This document shows positions 1 to 12,677 of a stretch of DNA of 64,000 nt, piece after piece; position 1 is the first letter of the stretch, and each line of letters starts with the position of its first letter. Origin of the DNA: Mobula hypostoma. Its lineage: Eukaryota. Under the pieces are notes generated by a model that saw only the letters and a list, made by a program, of their open reading frames with translations, had not been told where the DNA came from and ran no database searches. The DNA is taken from contig NC_086098.1 in assembly GCF_963921235.1 (NCBI RefSeq), positions 248,001 to 312,000 of the forward strand, read 5' to 3'. A program made the translations under genes and the position numbers.

Positions 1-111
1 GGAAGTTATGTCACTGCTTTATGCACCTGGGTTGGGTTTTGTGTTTTACAAGGAGCACTGGTGAACTCTGTTAACGTCATGAGGGCATGACTTTTATTGG
101 TGGGGGGAGAG

Positions 112-884
112 TGTATGGGGTCTTTCTTTTTGTTAAATTTAAAATGGCTTCTTTGTTATGTTAAATGCTGAGAAAGTCTCTAGCTAGACATTTGCTTGGG
201 TTAATACAGACAGCAGGGTGCTATTAGCCAATGGGTGGTCATGTATCATTTTGTTTTTGGATATAATGCTGTATCATATGACTGGGGACGGGGTTTTGGC
301 GGGGAGTCAGAGGAGAGGCGGGGAGTCGGAGGAGAGACGGGGAGTCGGAGGAGAGACGGGGAGTCGGAGGAGAGACGGGGAGGACAGAGGACGGGGTTTT
401 GGCGGGGAGTCGGAGGAGAGATGGGGAGGATGGTGGACGGGGTTTTGGCGGGGAGTCGGAGGAGAGACGGGGAGGATGGAGGACGGGATTTTGGCAGGGA
501 GTCGGAGGAGAGACAGGGAGGACGGAGGACGTGCGGAAAGGCTCCGGTTGATCACTTCGGGTGGTCATGAGCTGTGAGTCGACAGGATTCGGGTGGTCGT
601 CAGGAATTGATTGAGCTCCAACGGTTGCGCGCCAAGAACTTGGACTTTGATAAGTCTTGGCGCCTTTTTTTTTCATTACGTCCTTTACTGTATTGAATTT
701 ATATTAATGTCATAGAACTAGTAATATCTAGAAAGTGTACTTGGTAAAACGTACTGGGTGTGCTGGCTGATGATTGATGTTTGGGATTGATTCGGGTGGC
801 AACCGACTCCGTGGGAAGCATTGAGGCAGGTGCTGGGTGGGATTTCCCCTAGACATATACAAGCCAATATAACTGAACATTACA
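112..884 (+). mobile_element. 3' LTR of an LTR retrotransposon (probably Ty3/Gypsy-type); the internal region runs off the window start
   Basis: TGTA...TACA termini. Purine tract GGTGGGGGGAGAG immediately upstream (99-111). CCAAT (~228) and TATA-like GATATAA (~260) inside. CR1 sequence starts abruptly at 885. Confidence 0.7.
284..530 (+). repeat. G/A-rich minisatellite inside the LTR, with 19-bp and 27-bp modules
   Basis: Four tandem copies of GGGGAGTCGGAGGAGAGAC-like units, which then alternate with GGGGAGGAYRGWGGACGGGRTTTTGGC to give a 46-bp higher-order unit. Confidence 0.9.
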
Positions 885-1306
885 TATGTGTCTGTCAGAA
901 TAAAAGTTAAAATAACAGGTGTAGGGAACCATGATTTACAAGAAACATTGAGGCCCTGGTTAATAAAAAAAAGTAATTGCATAGCAGGTACAGGCAAGTA
1001 GGAACTAATTGGGTGCTTAAGGAATATAAGAAATGCAAGCAAATGCTTAAGAATGCAGTAAGGATGGCTATAAGAAGTTGCCCCAGCCGATAAGGTGAAG
1101 GAGAATCCTAAGGAATTCTTCAGAAATTTTTAAGAGGAAAAGGATTGCAAGGGCCCAAATTGGTCTTCTGGAAGATCAAGATGGTAATCTATCTGTGGAG
1201 CCAAAAGAGATAAGTGAGATCTCAAATATTTTTTTGCATCTTTGTTTACTGAAGAGACTGACTCCAAGTGAGGCAAAATGGCATCAACTTTATGGATCCT
1301 TTAAAG

Positions 1307-1467
1307 GAAAGATATGTCGCATCCAGAGTTACCCCGGTTAGCGGATGATTTTGTTCCACTCCTCTCTGACGTAGTGGGGAACCGCATACGAGGCAAGTGA
1401 CAGCAGTGGTTTGCCATTGCCTTCTGCCAGGTGAGTTCCCAAAGAGATCACCAGCTCGTAACCCAGT
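1307..1467. mobile_element. About 160-bp SINE/RTE-tail-like insertion
   Basis: Non-CR1 sequence interrupting a CR1 ORF2. Contains GTGGTTTGCCATTGCCTTCT, which resembles RTE/BovB-related tails (from memory, not searched). Confidence 0.35.
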
Positions 1468-2398
1468 ACAGATGGAGAATGTGTCTGTTGTCCTGAGGCA
1501 AAACAGGATGGATAAATCCCCAGGGTCTGACAAGGGTTCCCTTAGACCCTGTGGGAGGCAAGTGCAGAAATTGCCAGGGCCCAAACAGACATGATAGAGT
1601 GAGGAGATGATAGAGAGGAGCTATAGGCAGGTAGTCACACCTGGGCCTCGAGAGACAGATAAGTGAGTAACACTTAGGAGAGGGAAGGGCAAGAGTCAGA
1701 TACTAGAGAGTATCCCTGTGGCTGTCCCCCTTAACAATAAGTACTCCTGTTTGAGTACTGTTTGGGGGGGGGGGCGCAATGGGGGAAGCAACAGCTGCCG
1801 TGCCTCTTGCACAGAGTCTGACCCTGTGGCTCAGAAGGGTAGGGAAATGAATAAGGCAGCAGTGATAGGAACTCTATAGTTAGGGGGTCAGACAGGTGAC
1901 TCTGTGGACACAGGAAAGAAACATGGATGGTAGTTTGCCTCCCAGGTGCCAGGGTCCTGGATGTTTCTGATCGCGTCCACTATGCCCTGAGGTGGGAAGG
2001 TGAACATTCAGAGGTCGTGGTACACATTGGTACCAATGACATAGGTAAGAAAAGGGAGGAGGTCCTGAAAACAGACCACAGGGAGTTCAGAAGGAAGTTG
2101 AGAAGCAGGACCTCAAAGGTAGTAATCATAGAATTACAGCTTGTACCATGCGACAGTGAGTATAGGAATAGAGTGAGGTGGAGGATAAATGTGTGGCTGA
2201 AGGATTGGAGCAGGGGGCAGGGATTCAGATTACTGGATCATTGGACTTCTTTTGGGGCAGGTGTGACGTGTACAAAAAGGACGGGTTGCACTTGAATCCG
2301 AAGGAGACCAATAACCTGGCAGGGAGGTTTGCTAAGGCTATTGGGGAGAGTTTAAACTAGATTTGTTAGGGAGGTGGGAACCGAACTGAAGAGACGGA

Positions 2399-2660
2399 TG
2401 TGATGGGGTCCTGAATTACCCCTATGAACTGTGCTTTTGAAAAGAGAGAGAGAGTTATTTAACACCGATATCTTGTTTTGAAAAGAGAGAGAGAAAGAAA
2501 GAGAGAGAGAGAGAGAGAGAGATGAAGACTAACTTTTGGACTGTCACTTTAAGGCACGAGGAGGAACTGGGAGTAACATTTGGATTTCTGCTGAGTTGGA
2601 GAGAGAGAGCACCCAGCAGCTCGTAAGTCGCTATGGTGACCGAGGGCAGCATTATTTGAA
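2399..2660 (+). mobile_element. Unassigned repeat fragment (possible LTR 5' part) containing a (GA)n tract at 2484-2522
   Basis: Starts TGTGATGGGGTCC, is non-CR1, and has a duplicated TTTTGAAAAGAGAGAG. No matching CA end was found. Confidence 0.3.
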
Positions 2661-2752
2661 AGACGAAGGGTTCCGGCCCAAAACGTTGACTGATCGTTTC
2701 CACGGATGCTGCCCAACCTGCTGAGTTCCTCCAGTGTGTTGAGAGTGTTGAG
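2661..2752 (+). mobile_element. Penelope-like terminal-repeat fragment with a truncated, mutated hammerhead motif
   Basis: Near-identical to 16883-16970. The motif is 5'-truncated at GACGA and GAAA is changed to AAAA. Confidence 0.7.
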
Positions 2753-5134
2753 TAGTGGTAGATGGAGCTCAACACAGATAAGTGTGAGGTGGTTCATTTT
2801 GGTCGGTCAAATATGATGTTAGTATAATATAGTATTAATGGGAAGACTCTTGGCAGTGTGGAGGATCAGAGGGATCTTGGGTTCTGAGTCCATAGGACAT
2901 TCAAAGCTGCTTCACAGGTTGACTGTGTGGTTAAGAAGGCATACGGTGATTGGCCTTCATCGACCATGGGACTGAGTTTAAGAGCCGAGAGGTAAGGTTA
3001 CAGCTACATAGGATACTGGTCATCCCCACTTGGAGTACTGCATTCAGTTCTGGTCACCTCACTACAGGAAGGATGTCGAAACAATAGAAAGGGAGCAGAG
3101 GAGATTTACAAGGATGTTGCCTGAATTGGGGAGCATGCTTTAAGAGAATAGGTTGTGTGAACTTGGCCTTTTCTCCTTGGAGCATGCGTAGGATGAGAGG
3201 TGACCTGATAGAGGTGTACAAGATGATGAGAGGCATTGATCGTGTGGATAGTTAGAGGCTTTTTCCCCGGGCTGAAATGACGAACATGAGAGGGCACAGT
3301 TTTAAAGTGCTTGGAAACAGGTACAAAGGAGATGTCGGGTTCAGTTTTTTAGGCAGAGAGTGGTGAATGCGTGGAAATAGCTGCCGGCAACGGTGGTGGA
3401 GGCAGATATGATAGGATCTTTTAAGAGGTTCTTGGATAGGTACATGGAGCTTAGAAAAAAATAAAGGGTTAAGGGCAACCCTAGGTAATTTCTAAAGTAA
3501 GTACATGTTCAGCACAGCATTGTGGGCCGAGGGTCTTGTATTATGCTGTTGCTTTTCTATGTTCTATGCTCTAGATTTTTAAATCATCCTTAGCAACCCA
3601 TAGAAGTACCAGAGAATTGGCAGACAGCCAATATTATTCCACTTTTTAAGAAAGGCGCTAAACATTTACCAGGAATTTATAGGCTGGTGAGCCTGACATC
3701 AGTATTAGGTATGTTCTTGGAAGACATTTGGGGCCGGATATATCAGAATTTGGATAGGAATAAATTGAATAAGGATAGTCAGCATGGCTTCATGCATGAT
3801 ATTTCATGACTAATTAAACTTATAGAGGTTTTCAAGGAAGTTATCAGGAAAGTAGATAAAGGGAAGGCAGTGGATGTTGTGTACATGGACTTTAGTAAGA
3901 TATTTGACAAGGTCCCATATGGGATGTTGGTCAAGAAGATTCAGTAACTTGATACTCGAGTTGAGGTAGTAAAGTGGTTTATGTGGGAGATGCTTGACAG
4001 TGGTTGTAAATGAGAGTGGGGGTTTAAACTAGATTTGAAGGGGGAGGGGAACCAGAGTGTGAGAGCAGATAGTGAGTTGGAGGAAGATAAAGGTCATGTG
4101 AGAACTGCAAGTATAGTGCATGGAGTAAAGCGAGATCTAACATATAAAGAGGCTTTGAGGAAAGAGAAGCAGAATAAAGGATGTAAACGTAGTAAGGTAG
4201 AAGGGCTGAAGTGCATGTACTTCAATACAAGAAGCATCAGGATCAAAGGTGATGAAATGAGAGCTTGGATACATACATGGAATTATGATGTAGTGGCCAT
4301 TACAGAGACTTGGCTGGCACCAGGGCAGGAATGGATTCTCAATATTCCTGGATTTCAGTGCTTTAAAAGGGATAGAGACGGGGGAAAAAGGGGAGGAGGG
4401 GTGGCATTACTGGTCAGGGATACTATTACAGTTACGGAAAGGGTGGGTAATGTAGCAGGATCCTCTTTTGAGTCAGTATGGGTAGAAGTCAGGAACAGGA
4501 AGGGAGCAGTTACTCTATTGGGGGTATTCTATAGGCCCCCTGGTAGCAGCAGAGATACCGAGGAGCAGATTGGGAGGCAGTTTTTGGAAAGATGCAAAAA
4601 TGACAGGGTTGTTATCATGGGTGACTTTAACTTCCCTAATATTGATTGGCACCTGATTAGTTCCAGTGGTTTAGACGTGGCAGAGTTTGTTAAATGTGTC
4701 CAGGATGGATTCCTGTCACAATATGTTGAGAGGCTGACTAGGGGAAATGGCATACTAGATCTAGTATTAGGTAACGAACCGAGTGAAGTCACAGATCTCT
4801 CAGTAGGTGAGCATCTGGGGGACAGTGACCACTGCTCCCTGGCCTTTAACATTATCATGGAAAAGGATAAAATCAGAGAGGACAGGAAAATTTTTAATTG
4901 GGGAAGGGCAAATTATGAGGCTATAAGGCTAGAACTTGCGGGTGTGCATTGGGATGATGTCTTTGCAGGGAAATGTACCATGGACATGTGGTCGATGTTT
5001 AGGGATCTCTCGCTGGATGTTAGGGATAAATTTGTTGTGGTGAGAAAGATGAAGAATGGTAGGGTGAAGAAACCATGGGTGACAAGTGAGGTGGAAAATC
5101 TAGTCAGGTGGAATAAGGCAGAATACATGAGTTT

Positions 5135-6755
5135 TAGAAACATAGAAAAAAATGGTGCAGGAGTAGGCCATTCAGCCCTTCGAGACTGCAACGCCATTCA
5201 GTATGAACATGGCTGATCATCCAACTCAGAACCCTGTACCTGCCTTCTCTCCATACCCCCGATCCGTTTAGCCACAAGGGCCATATCTAACTCCCTCTTA
5301 AATATATCCAATGAACTGGCCTCAACTGTTTCCTGTGGCAGAGAATTTCACAGATTCACCACTCTCTGTGTGAAGAAATTTTTCCTCATCTCGGTCCTAA
5401 AAGGCTTCCCCTTTATCCTCAAACTGTGACCCCTCGTTCTGGACTTCCCCAACATCGGGAACAATCTTCCTGCATCTAGCCTGTCCAATTCCTTTAGAAT
5501 TTTATATGTTTCAATAAGATTCCCCCTCAATCTTCTAAATTCCAGTGAGTATAAGCCGAGTCAATCCAGTTTTTCATCATATGAAAGTCCTGCCATCCCA
5601 GGAATCAATCTGGTGAACCTTCTTTGTACTCCCTCTATGGCAAGAATGTCTTTCCTCAGATTGGGGGACCAAAACTGCACACAATACTCCAGGTGTGGTC
5701 TCACCAAGGCCTTGTACAACTGCAGTAGTACCTCCCTTGAATCCTCTTGCTATGAATGCCGGCATACCATTCGCCTTTTTCACCGCCTGCTGTACCTGCA
5801 TGCCCACTTTCAATGACTGGTGTACAATGACACCCAGGTCTCGTTGCGCCTCCCCTTTTCCTAATCGGCCACCATTCAGATAACAATCTGTTTTCCTATT
5901 CTTGCCACCAAAGTAGATAACCTCACATTTATCCACATTAAATTGCATCTGCTTTGAATTTGCCCACTCACCTAACCTATCCAAGTCACCCTGCATCCTC
6001 TTAGCATCCTCCTCACAGCTAACACTGCCGCCCAGCTTCGTGTCATCCGCAAACTTGGAGATGCTGCATTTAATTCCCTCATCCAAGTCATTAATATATA
6101 TTGTAAACAACTGGGGTCCCAGCACTGAGCCTTGCGATACCCCACTAGTCACTGCCTGCCATTCTGAAAAGGTCCCGTTTATTCCCACTCTTTACTTCCT
6201 GTCTGCCAACCAATTCCCTATCCACATCAATACCATACCCCCAATACCGCATGCTTTAAGTTTGCACACTAATCTCCTGTGTGGGACCTTGTCAAAAGCC
6301 TCTTGAAAATCCAAAAATACCACAGCCACTGGTTCTCCCCTATCCACTCTACTAGTTACATCCTCAAAAGATTCTATGAGATTTGTCAGACATGATTTTC
6401 CTTTCACAAATCCATTCTGACTTTGTCCGATGATTTCACGGCTTTCCAAATGTGCTGTTATCACATCTTTGATAACTGACTCCAGCATTTTCCTCACCAC
6501 CGATGTTAGGCTAACCAGTCTACAATTCCCCAGTTTCTCTCTCCCTCCTTTTTTAAAAAGTGGGGTTACATTAACCACCCTCCAATCCTCAGGAACTAAT
6601 CCAGAATCTAAAGAGTTTTGAAAAATCATCACTAATGCATCCATTATTTCTTGGGCTACTTCCTTAAGCACTCTGGGATGCAGACCATCTGGCCCTGGGG
6701 ATTTATCTGCCTTTAATCCCTTCAATTTACCCAACACCACTTCCCTACTAACATG
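5135..6755 (-). mobile_element. CR1 lineage B copy B1, 5'-truncated
   Basis: RT ORFs 6192-6767 and 5577-6188 (QGSVLGP, FADD). 3' UTR stem-loop and TTTCTATG tail. The A1 sequence rejoins across it. Confidence 0.92.
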
Positions 6756-8223
6756 TTTAGGAGGCAAGGATCAGATGGCTCTATTGAGAAATACAGGGCA
6801 GCAAGAAAGGAGCTTAAGAAGGGGCTGAGGAGACCAAGAAAGGGGCATGAGAAGGCCTTGGCAAGTAGGGTAAAGGAGAACCCCAAGCCATTCTTCAATT
6901 ATGTGAAGAACAAACTGATGACAGGAGTGAAGGTAGGACCAATTAGAGATAAAGGTGGGAAGATGTGCCTGGAGGCTGTGGAAGTGAGCGAGGTTCTCAA
7001 TGAATACTTCTGTTTGGTATTCACAAATGAGAGGGAACTTGATGAAGGTGAGGACAATATGAGTGAGGTTGATGTTCTGGAGCATGTTGATATAAGGGAG
7101 AGGAGGTGTTGGAGTTGTTAAAATACATTAGGACAGATAAGTCCCTGGGGCCTGACGGAATATTCCCCAGGCTGCTCCACGAGGTGAGGGAAGAGATTGC
7201 TGAGCCTCTGGCTAGGATCTTCCTGTCCTCGTTGTCCATGGGAATGGTACTGGAGGATTGGAGGGAGGCGAATGTTGTCCCTTTGTTCAAACAAGGTGGT
7301 AGGGATAGTCTGGGTAATTATAGACCAGTGAGCCTTACGTCTGTAGTGGGAAAGCTGTTAGAAAAGATTCTTAGAGATAGGATCTATGGACATTTGGAGA
7401 ATCATGGTTTGATCAGGGACAGTCAGCATGGCTTTGTGAAGGGCAGATCGTGTCTAACAAGCTTGATAGATTTCTTGGAGGAGGTGACCCGGCATATAGA
7501 TGAGGGTAGTACAGTGTATGTGATCTACATGGATTTTAGTAAGGCATTTGACAAGGTTCCACATGGTAGGCTTATTTAGAAAGTCAGAAGGCATGGGATC
7601 CAGGGAAGTTTGGCCAGGTGGATTCAGAATTGGCTTGCCTGCAGAAGGCAGAGGGTGGTGGTGGAGGGAGTACATTCAGATTGAAGGATTGTGACTAGTG
7701 GTGTCCCACAAGGATCTGTTCTGGGACCTCAACTTTTTGTGATTTTTATTAACGACCTGGATGTTGGGGTAGAAGGGGGGGTTGGCAAGTTTGCAGACCA
7801 CACAAAGGTTGGTGGTGTTGTAGATAGTGTTGAGGATTGTCAAAGATTGCAGAGAGACATTGATAGGATGCATGAGTGGGCTGAGAGGTGGCAGATGGAG
7901 TTCAACCCAGAGAAATGTGAGGTGGTACACTTTGGAAAGACAAACTCCAAGGCAGAGTACAAAGTAAATGGATACTTGGTAGTGTGGAGGAGCAGAGGGA
8001 TCTGGGGGTACGTGTCCACAGGTCCCTGAAAGTTGCCTCACAGGTAGGTAGGGTAGTTAAGAAAGCTTATGGGGTGTTATCTTTCATAAGTCGGGGGATA
8101 GAGTTTAACAGTCGCGATGTAGTGATGCAGCTCTATAAAACTCTGGCTCGGCCACACTTGGAGTACTGTGTCCAGTTCTGGTCACCTCACTATAGGAAGG
8201 ATTTGGAAGCATTGGAAACGGTA

Positions 8224-10518
8224 AGTGACAGAAGTCTGTGAAGGGGAGCACTTTGGTTCCAGTGATCATAACACCATTAGTTTCAATTTGATCATGGACA
8301 AGGATAGATCTGGTCCTAGGGTTGAGGTTCTGAACTGGAAGAAGGCCAAATTTGAAGAAATGAGAAAGGATCTAAAAAGCGTGGATTGGGACAGGTTGTT
8401 CTCTGGCAAAGATGTGATTGGTAGGTGGGAAGCCTTCAAAGGGGAAATTTTGACAGTGCAGAGTTGGTATGTTCCTGTCAGGATTAAAGGCAAATTGAAT
8501 AGGAATGAGGAACCTTGGTTCTCAAGGGATATTGCAACTCTGATAAAGAAGAAGAGGGAGTTGTATGAAATGTATAGGAAACGGGGTAAATCAGGTGCTT
8601 GAGGAGTATAAGAAGTGCAAGAAAATACTTAAGAAAGAAATCAGGAGGGCTAAAAGAAGATATGAGGTTGCCTTGGCAGTCAAAGTGAAGGATAATCCAA
8701 AGAGCTTTTACAAGTATATTAAGAGCAAAATGATTGTAAGGGATAAAATTGGTCCTCTTGAAGATCAGAGTGGTCGGCTTTGTGCGGAACCAAAGGAAAT
8801 GGGGGAGATCTTAAATAGGTTTTTTGCATCTGTATTTACTAAGGAAGCTGGCATGAAATCTATGGAATTGAGGGAATCAAGTAGTGAGACCATGGAAACT
8901 GTACAGATTGAAAAGGAGGAGGTGCTTGCTGTCTTGAGAAAAATTAAAGTGGATAAATCCCCGGGACCTGACAGAGTGTTCCCTCGGACCTTGAAGGAGA
9001 CTAGTGTTGAAATGCAGGGGCCCTGGCAGAAATATTTAAAATGTCGCTGTCTACGGGTGAAGTGCCGGAGGATTGGAGAGTGGCTGATGTTGTTCCGTTG
9101 TTTAAAAAGGATCGAAGAGTAATCCGGGAAATTATAGGCCGGTGAGTTTAACATCAGTAGTAGGTAAGTTATTGGAGGGAGTACTAAGAGACAGAATCTA
9201 CAAGCATTTGGATAGACAGGGGCTTATTAGGGAGAGTCAACATGGCTTTGTGCGTGGTAGGTCACGTTTGACCAATCTGTTGGAGTTTTTCGAGGAGGTT
9301 ACCAGGAAAGTGGATGAAGGGAAGGCAGTGGATATTGTCTACATGGACTTCAGTAAGGCCTTTGACAAGGTCCCGTATGGGAGGTTAGTTAGGAAAATTC
9401 AGTCGCTAGGTATACATGGAGAGGTGGTAAATTGGATTAGACAGTGGCTCGATGGAAGAAGCCAGAGAGTGGTGGTAGAGAATTGCTTCTCTGAGTGGAG
9501 GCCTGTGACTAGTGGTGTGCCACAGGGATCAGTGCTGGGTCCATTGTTATTTGTCATCTATATCAATGATCTGGATGATAATGTGGTAAATTGGATCAGC
9601 AAGTTTGCTGATGATACAAAGATTGGAGGTGTAGTAGACAGTGAGGAAGGTTTTCAGAGCCTGCAGAGGGACTTGGACCAGCTGGAAAAATGGGCTGAAA
9701 AATGGCAGATGGAGTTTAATACTGACAAGTGTGAGGTATTGCACGTTGGAAGGACAAACCAACGTAGAACATACAGGGTTAATGGTAAGGCACTGAGGAG
9801 TGCAGTGGAACAGAGGGATCTGGGAATACAGATACAAAATTCCCTAAAAGTGTCGTCACAGGTAGATAGGGTCGTAAAGAGAGCTTTTGGTACATTGGCC
9901 TTTATTAATCGAAGTATTGAGTATAAGAGCTGGAATGTTATGATGAGGTTGTATAAGGCATTGGTGAAGCCGAATCTGGAGTATTGTGTTCAGTTTTGGT
10001 CACCAAATTACAGGAAGGATATAAAAAAGGTTGAAAGAGTGCATAGAAGGTTTACAAGGATGTTGCCGGGACTTGAGAAACTCAGTTACAGAGAAAGGTT
10101 GAATAGGTTAGGACTTTATTCCCTGGAGCGTAGAAGAATGAGGGGAGATTTGATAGAGGTATATAAAATTATGATGGGTATAGATAGAGTGAATGCAAGC
10201 AGGCTTTTTCCACTGAAGCAAGGGGAGAAAAAAACCAGAGGACATGGGTTAAGGGTGAGGGGGGAAAAGTTTAAAGGGAACATTAGAGGGGGCTTCTTCA
10301 CACAGAGAGTGGTGGGAATATGGAATGAGCTGCCAGACGAGGTGGTAAATACGGGATCTTTTTTAACATTGAAGAATAAATTGGACAGATACATGGATGG
10401 GAGGTGTATGGAGGGATATGGTCCGTGTGCAGGTCAGTGGGACTAGGCAGAAAATGGTTCAGCACAGCCAAGAAGGGCCAAAAGGCCTGTTTCTGTGCTG
10501 TAGTTTCTATGGTTCTAT
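8224..10518 (+). mobile_element. CR1 lineage C copy C1, 5'-truncated, GGTA target duplication
   Basis: GGTA at 8220-8223 and 10519-10522. Tail (TTCTATGG)n. Confidence 0.92.
9142..10446 (+). CDS. Open CR1 RT plus C-terminal domain (434 aa, partial ORF2 of C1)
   Basis: [32 protein letters not shown] and RDLG motifs are uninterrupted. A frameshift lies upstream, so this is not a complete protein. Confidence 0.8.
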   Translation: MSLTSVVGKLLEGVLRDRIYKHLDRQGLIRESQHGFVRGRSRLTNLLEFFEEVTRKVDEGKAVDIVYMDFSKAFDKVPYGRLVRKIQSLGIHGEVVNWIRQWLDGRSQRVVVENCFSEWRPVTSGVPQGSVLGPLLFVIYINDLDDNVVNWISKFADDTKIGGVVDSEEGFQSLQRDLDQLEKWAEKWQMEFNTDKCEVLHVGRTNQRRTYRVNGKALRSAVEQRDLGIQIQNSLKVSSQVDRVVKRAFGTLAFINRSIEYKSWNVMMRLYKALVKPNLEYCVQFWSPNYRKDIKKVERVHRRFTRMLPGLEKLSYRERLNRLGLYSLERRRMRGDLIEVYKIMMGIDRVNASRLFPLKQGEKKTRGHGLRVRGEKFKGNIRGGFFTQRVVGIWNELPDEVVNTGSFLTLKNKLDRYMDGRCMEGYGPCAGQWD

Positions 10519-10975
10519 GGTACAGAGGAGATTTACCAGGATGCTGCCTGGTTTAGAGAGTATTCATTATCATCAGAGATTTAGGGAGCTAGGGCTTTAC
10601 TCTTTGGAGAGAAGGAGGATGAGAGGAGACATGATGGAGGTGTATAAGATAATAAGAGGAATAGATAAGAATGGATAGCCAGCGCCTCTTCCCCAGGGCA
10701 CCACTGCTCAATACAAGAGGACATGGGTTTAAGGTAAGGGGTGGGAAGTTCAAGGGGGATATTAGAGGAAGGTTTTTTACTCAGAGAGTGGTTGGTGCGT
10801 GGAATGCACTGCCTGAGTCAGTGGTGGAGGCAGATATACTTGTGAAGTTTAAGAGACTACTAGACAGGTATATGGAGGAATTTAAGGTGGGGGTGTATAT
10901 GGGAGACCGGGTTTGAGGGTCGGCACAACTTTGTGTGCCGAAGGCCCCGTAATGTGCTGTACTATTCTATGTTCT

Positions 10976-11371
10976 AAAGGACAGACACATGACCTGTGGC
11001 CAATGACACTGGAATGCGATATTTGAATTGACACAGAATGGATATAAAAGTCGTTGCTTTGTGTGTGCTGATAGCGGTAATTTCAAAGAATAACCATCGC
11101 AGGTAGAAGTGTAAGCAACCCTGTGTGAAACACGTGGTGAGGAATTCAGGACAGTGAGGAATGCCTGGCCAATGTAAACCCCCGTGCTTGGGTAATACCT
11201 TTGCTATTCTTTTACAATTCAGGAGAGTCAGGGATACATAGCGAGTATGCACAAAAAGTATTTAGTGTATGAATTCACATACTTATTAGTTTAAACAATA
11301 AAGGTACTTGTCAGTAAATACAAATCCCTCTGTGCCTCACAGAATTGTAAGTATTAAGTATTTTTTTAACA
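10976..11371 (+). mobile_element. Probable truncated LTR (3' part)
   Basis: CCAAT (~10999), GATATAAAAG (11041) and AATAAA (~11297) in order, ending TTAACA where CR1 resumes. Confidence 0.5.
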
Positions 11372-12677
11372 ATTGTGACCTCTTTTGGGGCAAGCATGAC
11401 CCGTACAAAAAGGACGGGTTGCACTTCAATCTGAGGGGGACCAATATCCTGGCAGGGAGGTTTGCTAAGGCTACTGGGGAGAGTTTAAACTAGAATTCCT
11501 GGGGGGTGGGAACCGAACTGAAGAGACAAGAGGAAGGGGCTGTTGGCTCACAAATAGAGAAAGCTTGGAGACAGTGTGAGAGGGAGGATAAGCAAGTGAT
11601 AGAGAAGGGACGTGCTCAGACCGATGGTTTAAGATGTGTCTAGTTTAATGCAAGAAGCATGATTAACAAAGCGGATGAGCTTAGAGAGTGGATCAATACT
11701 TGGAGCTATGATGTGGCCATTACAGAGACTTGGATGGCTCAGGGGCAGGAATGGGTAATTCAAGTGTCAGGCTTTAGATGTTTCAGAAATGAAAGGGAGG
11801 AATGCAAAAGTGTTGGGGGCGTTGCACTGCTGATCAGAGATTGTGTCATAGCTGCAGAAAAGAAGAAAGTCATGGAAGGATTGTCTACTAAGACTCTGTG
11901 GGTGGAAGTTAGAAACAGGAAGGGGTTAATAACTCTACTGGGTGTTTTTTATAGACCGCCCAATACTAACAGGGACATCGAGGAGCGGATAAAGAGACAG
12001 ATTCTGGAAAGGTGTAATAATAACAGGGTTGTCGTGGTGGGAGATTTTAATTTTCCGAATATTGATTGGCATCTCTCTGGAGCAAGGGGTTTAGATGGGG
12101 TGGAGTTTGTTACGTGTGTTCAGGAAGGTTTCCTGACACAATATGTAGGTAAGCCTGCAAGAGGAGAGGCTGTACTTGATCTGGTATTGGGAAATGAACC
12201 TGGTCAGGTGTCAGGTCTCTCAGTGGGAGAGCATTTTGGCGATAGTGATCACAATTCTATCTCCTTTACCATAACACTGGAGGGGGATAGGAACAGATAA
12301 GTTAGGAAAGCGTTTAATTGGAGTAAGGGGAAATATGAAGCTATCAGGCAGGAACTTGGAAGCATAAATTGGGAATAGATGTTCTTAGGGAAATGTACAG
12401 CAGAAATGTGGCAAATATTCAGGGGATATTTGCATGGCGTTCTGCATAGGTACATTCCAATGAGACAGGGAAAGGATGGTAGGGTACAGGAACCATGCTG
12501 TACAAAGGCTGCTGAAAATCTCGTCAAGAAGTTGTCATGGGGGATTTTAACTTCCATATAGATAGGGTGAATCAGGTTGGTCAAGGAAGTCTTGAGGAGG
12601 ACTTCACAGAATGCATCTGTGATGGCTTTCTTGAGCAGCATGTTAGTGAACCTACAAGGGAAAATACTATCTTTGAT

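Larger units (their letters stand above)
1592..3572 (+). mobile_element. CR1 lineage D, internally deleted (ORF1 esterase half plus ORF2 3' end and tail)
   Basis: ORF1 motifs CLPGARV, HIGTNDI and DGLHLN with stop at 2360. ORF2 C-terminus and 3' UTR at ~2756-3572, ending TTCTATGTTCTATG. Confidence 0.85.
885..4012 (+). mobile_element. Old degraded CR1 ORF2 fragment in pieces 885-1306, 1468-1591 and 3573-4012
   Basis: Degenerate KENPK, DKSPG, GNYR.VSLTS and YMDFSK.FDKVP motifs. The pieces rejoin colinearly across the insertions. Confidence 0.75.
4013..10975 (+). mobile_element. CR1 lineage A copy A1 (end of ORF1 plus whole ORF2), interrupted by B1 and C1
   Basis: APE ORF 4035-5135 (VAITETW, GDFNFP, LDLVL, SDH). 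RT pieces at 6756-8223, 3' end at 10519-10975 with a TTCTATG tail. The catalytic motif reads FADH. Confidence 0.92.

Noticed and set aside
284..530. CRISPR-like repeat array
   Set aside because: The intervening segments are themselves repeated, there are no unique spacers or cas genes, and the context is eukaryotic.
218..676. Overlapping ORFs 218-577, 235-570, 239-676 and 307-555
   Set aside because: Low-complexity translations of the minisatellite inside an LTR.
2350..2357. GTTTAAAC palindrome as a DNA-binding or cleavage site explaining the conserved junction motif
   Set aside because: Lineages B and C have CTTTAAAC, so the palindrome is not conserved whereas the frame-locked TTTAAAC is.
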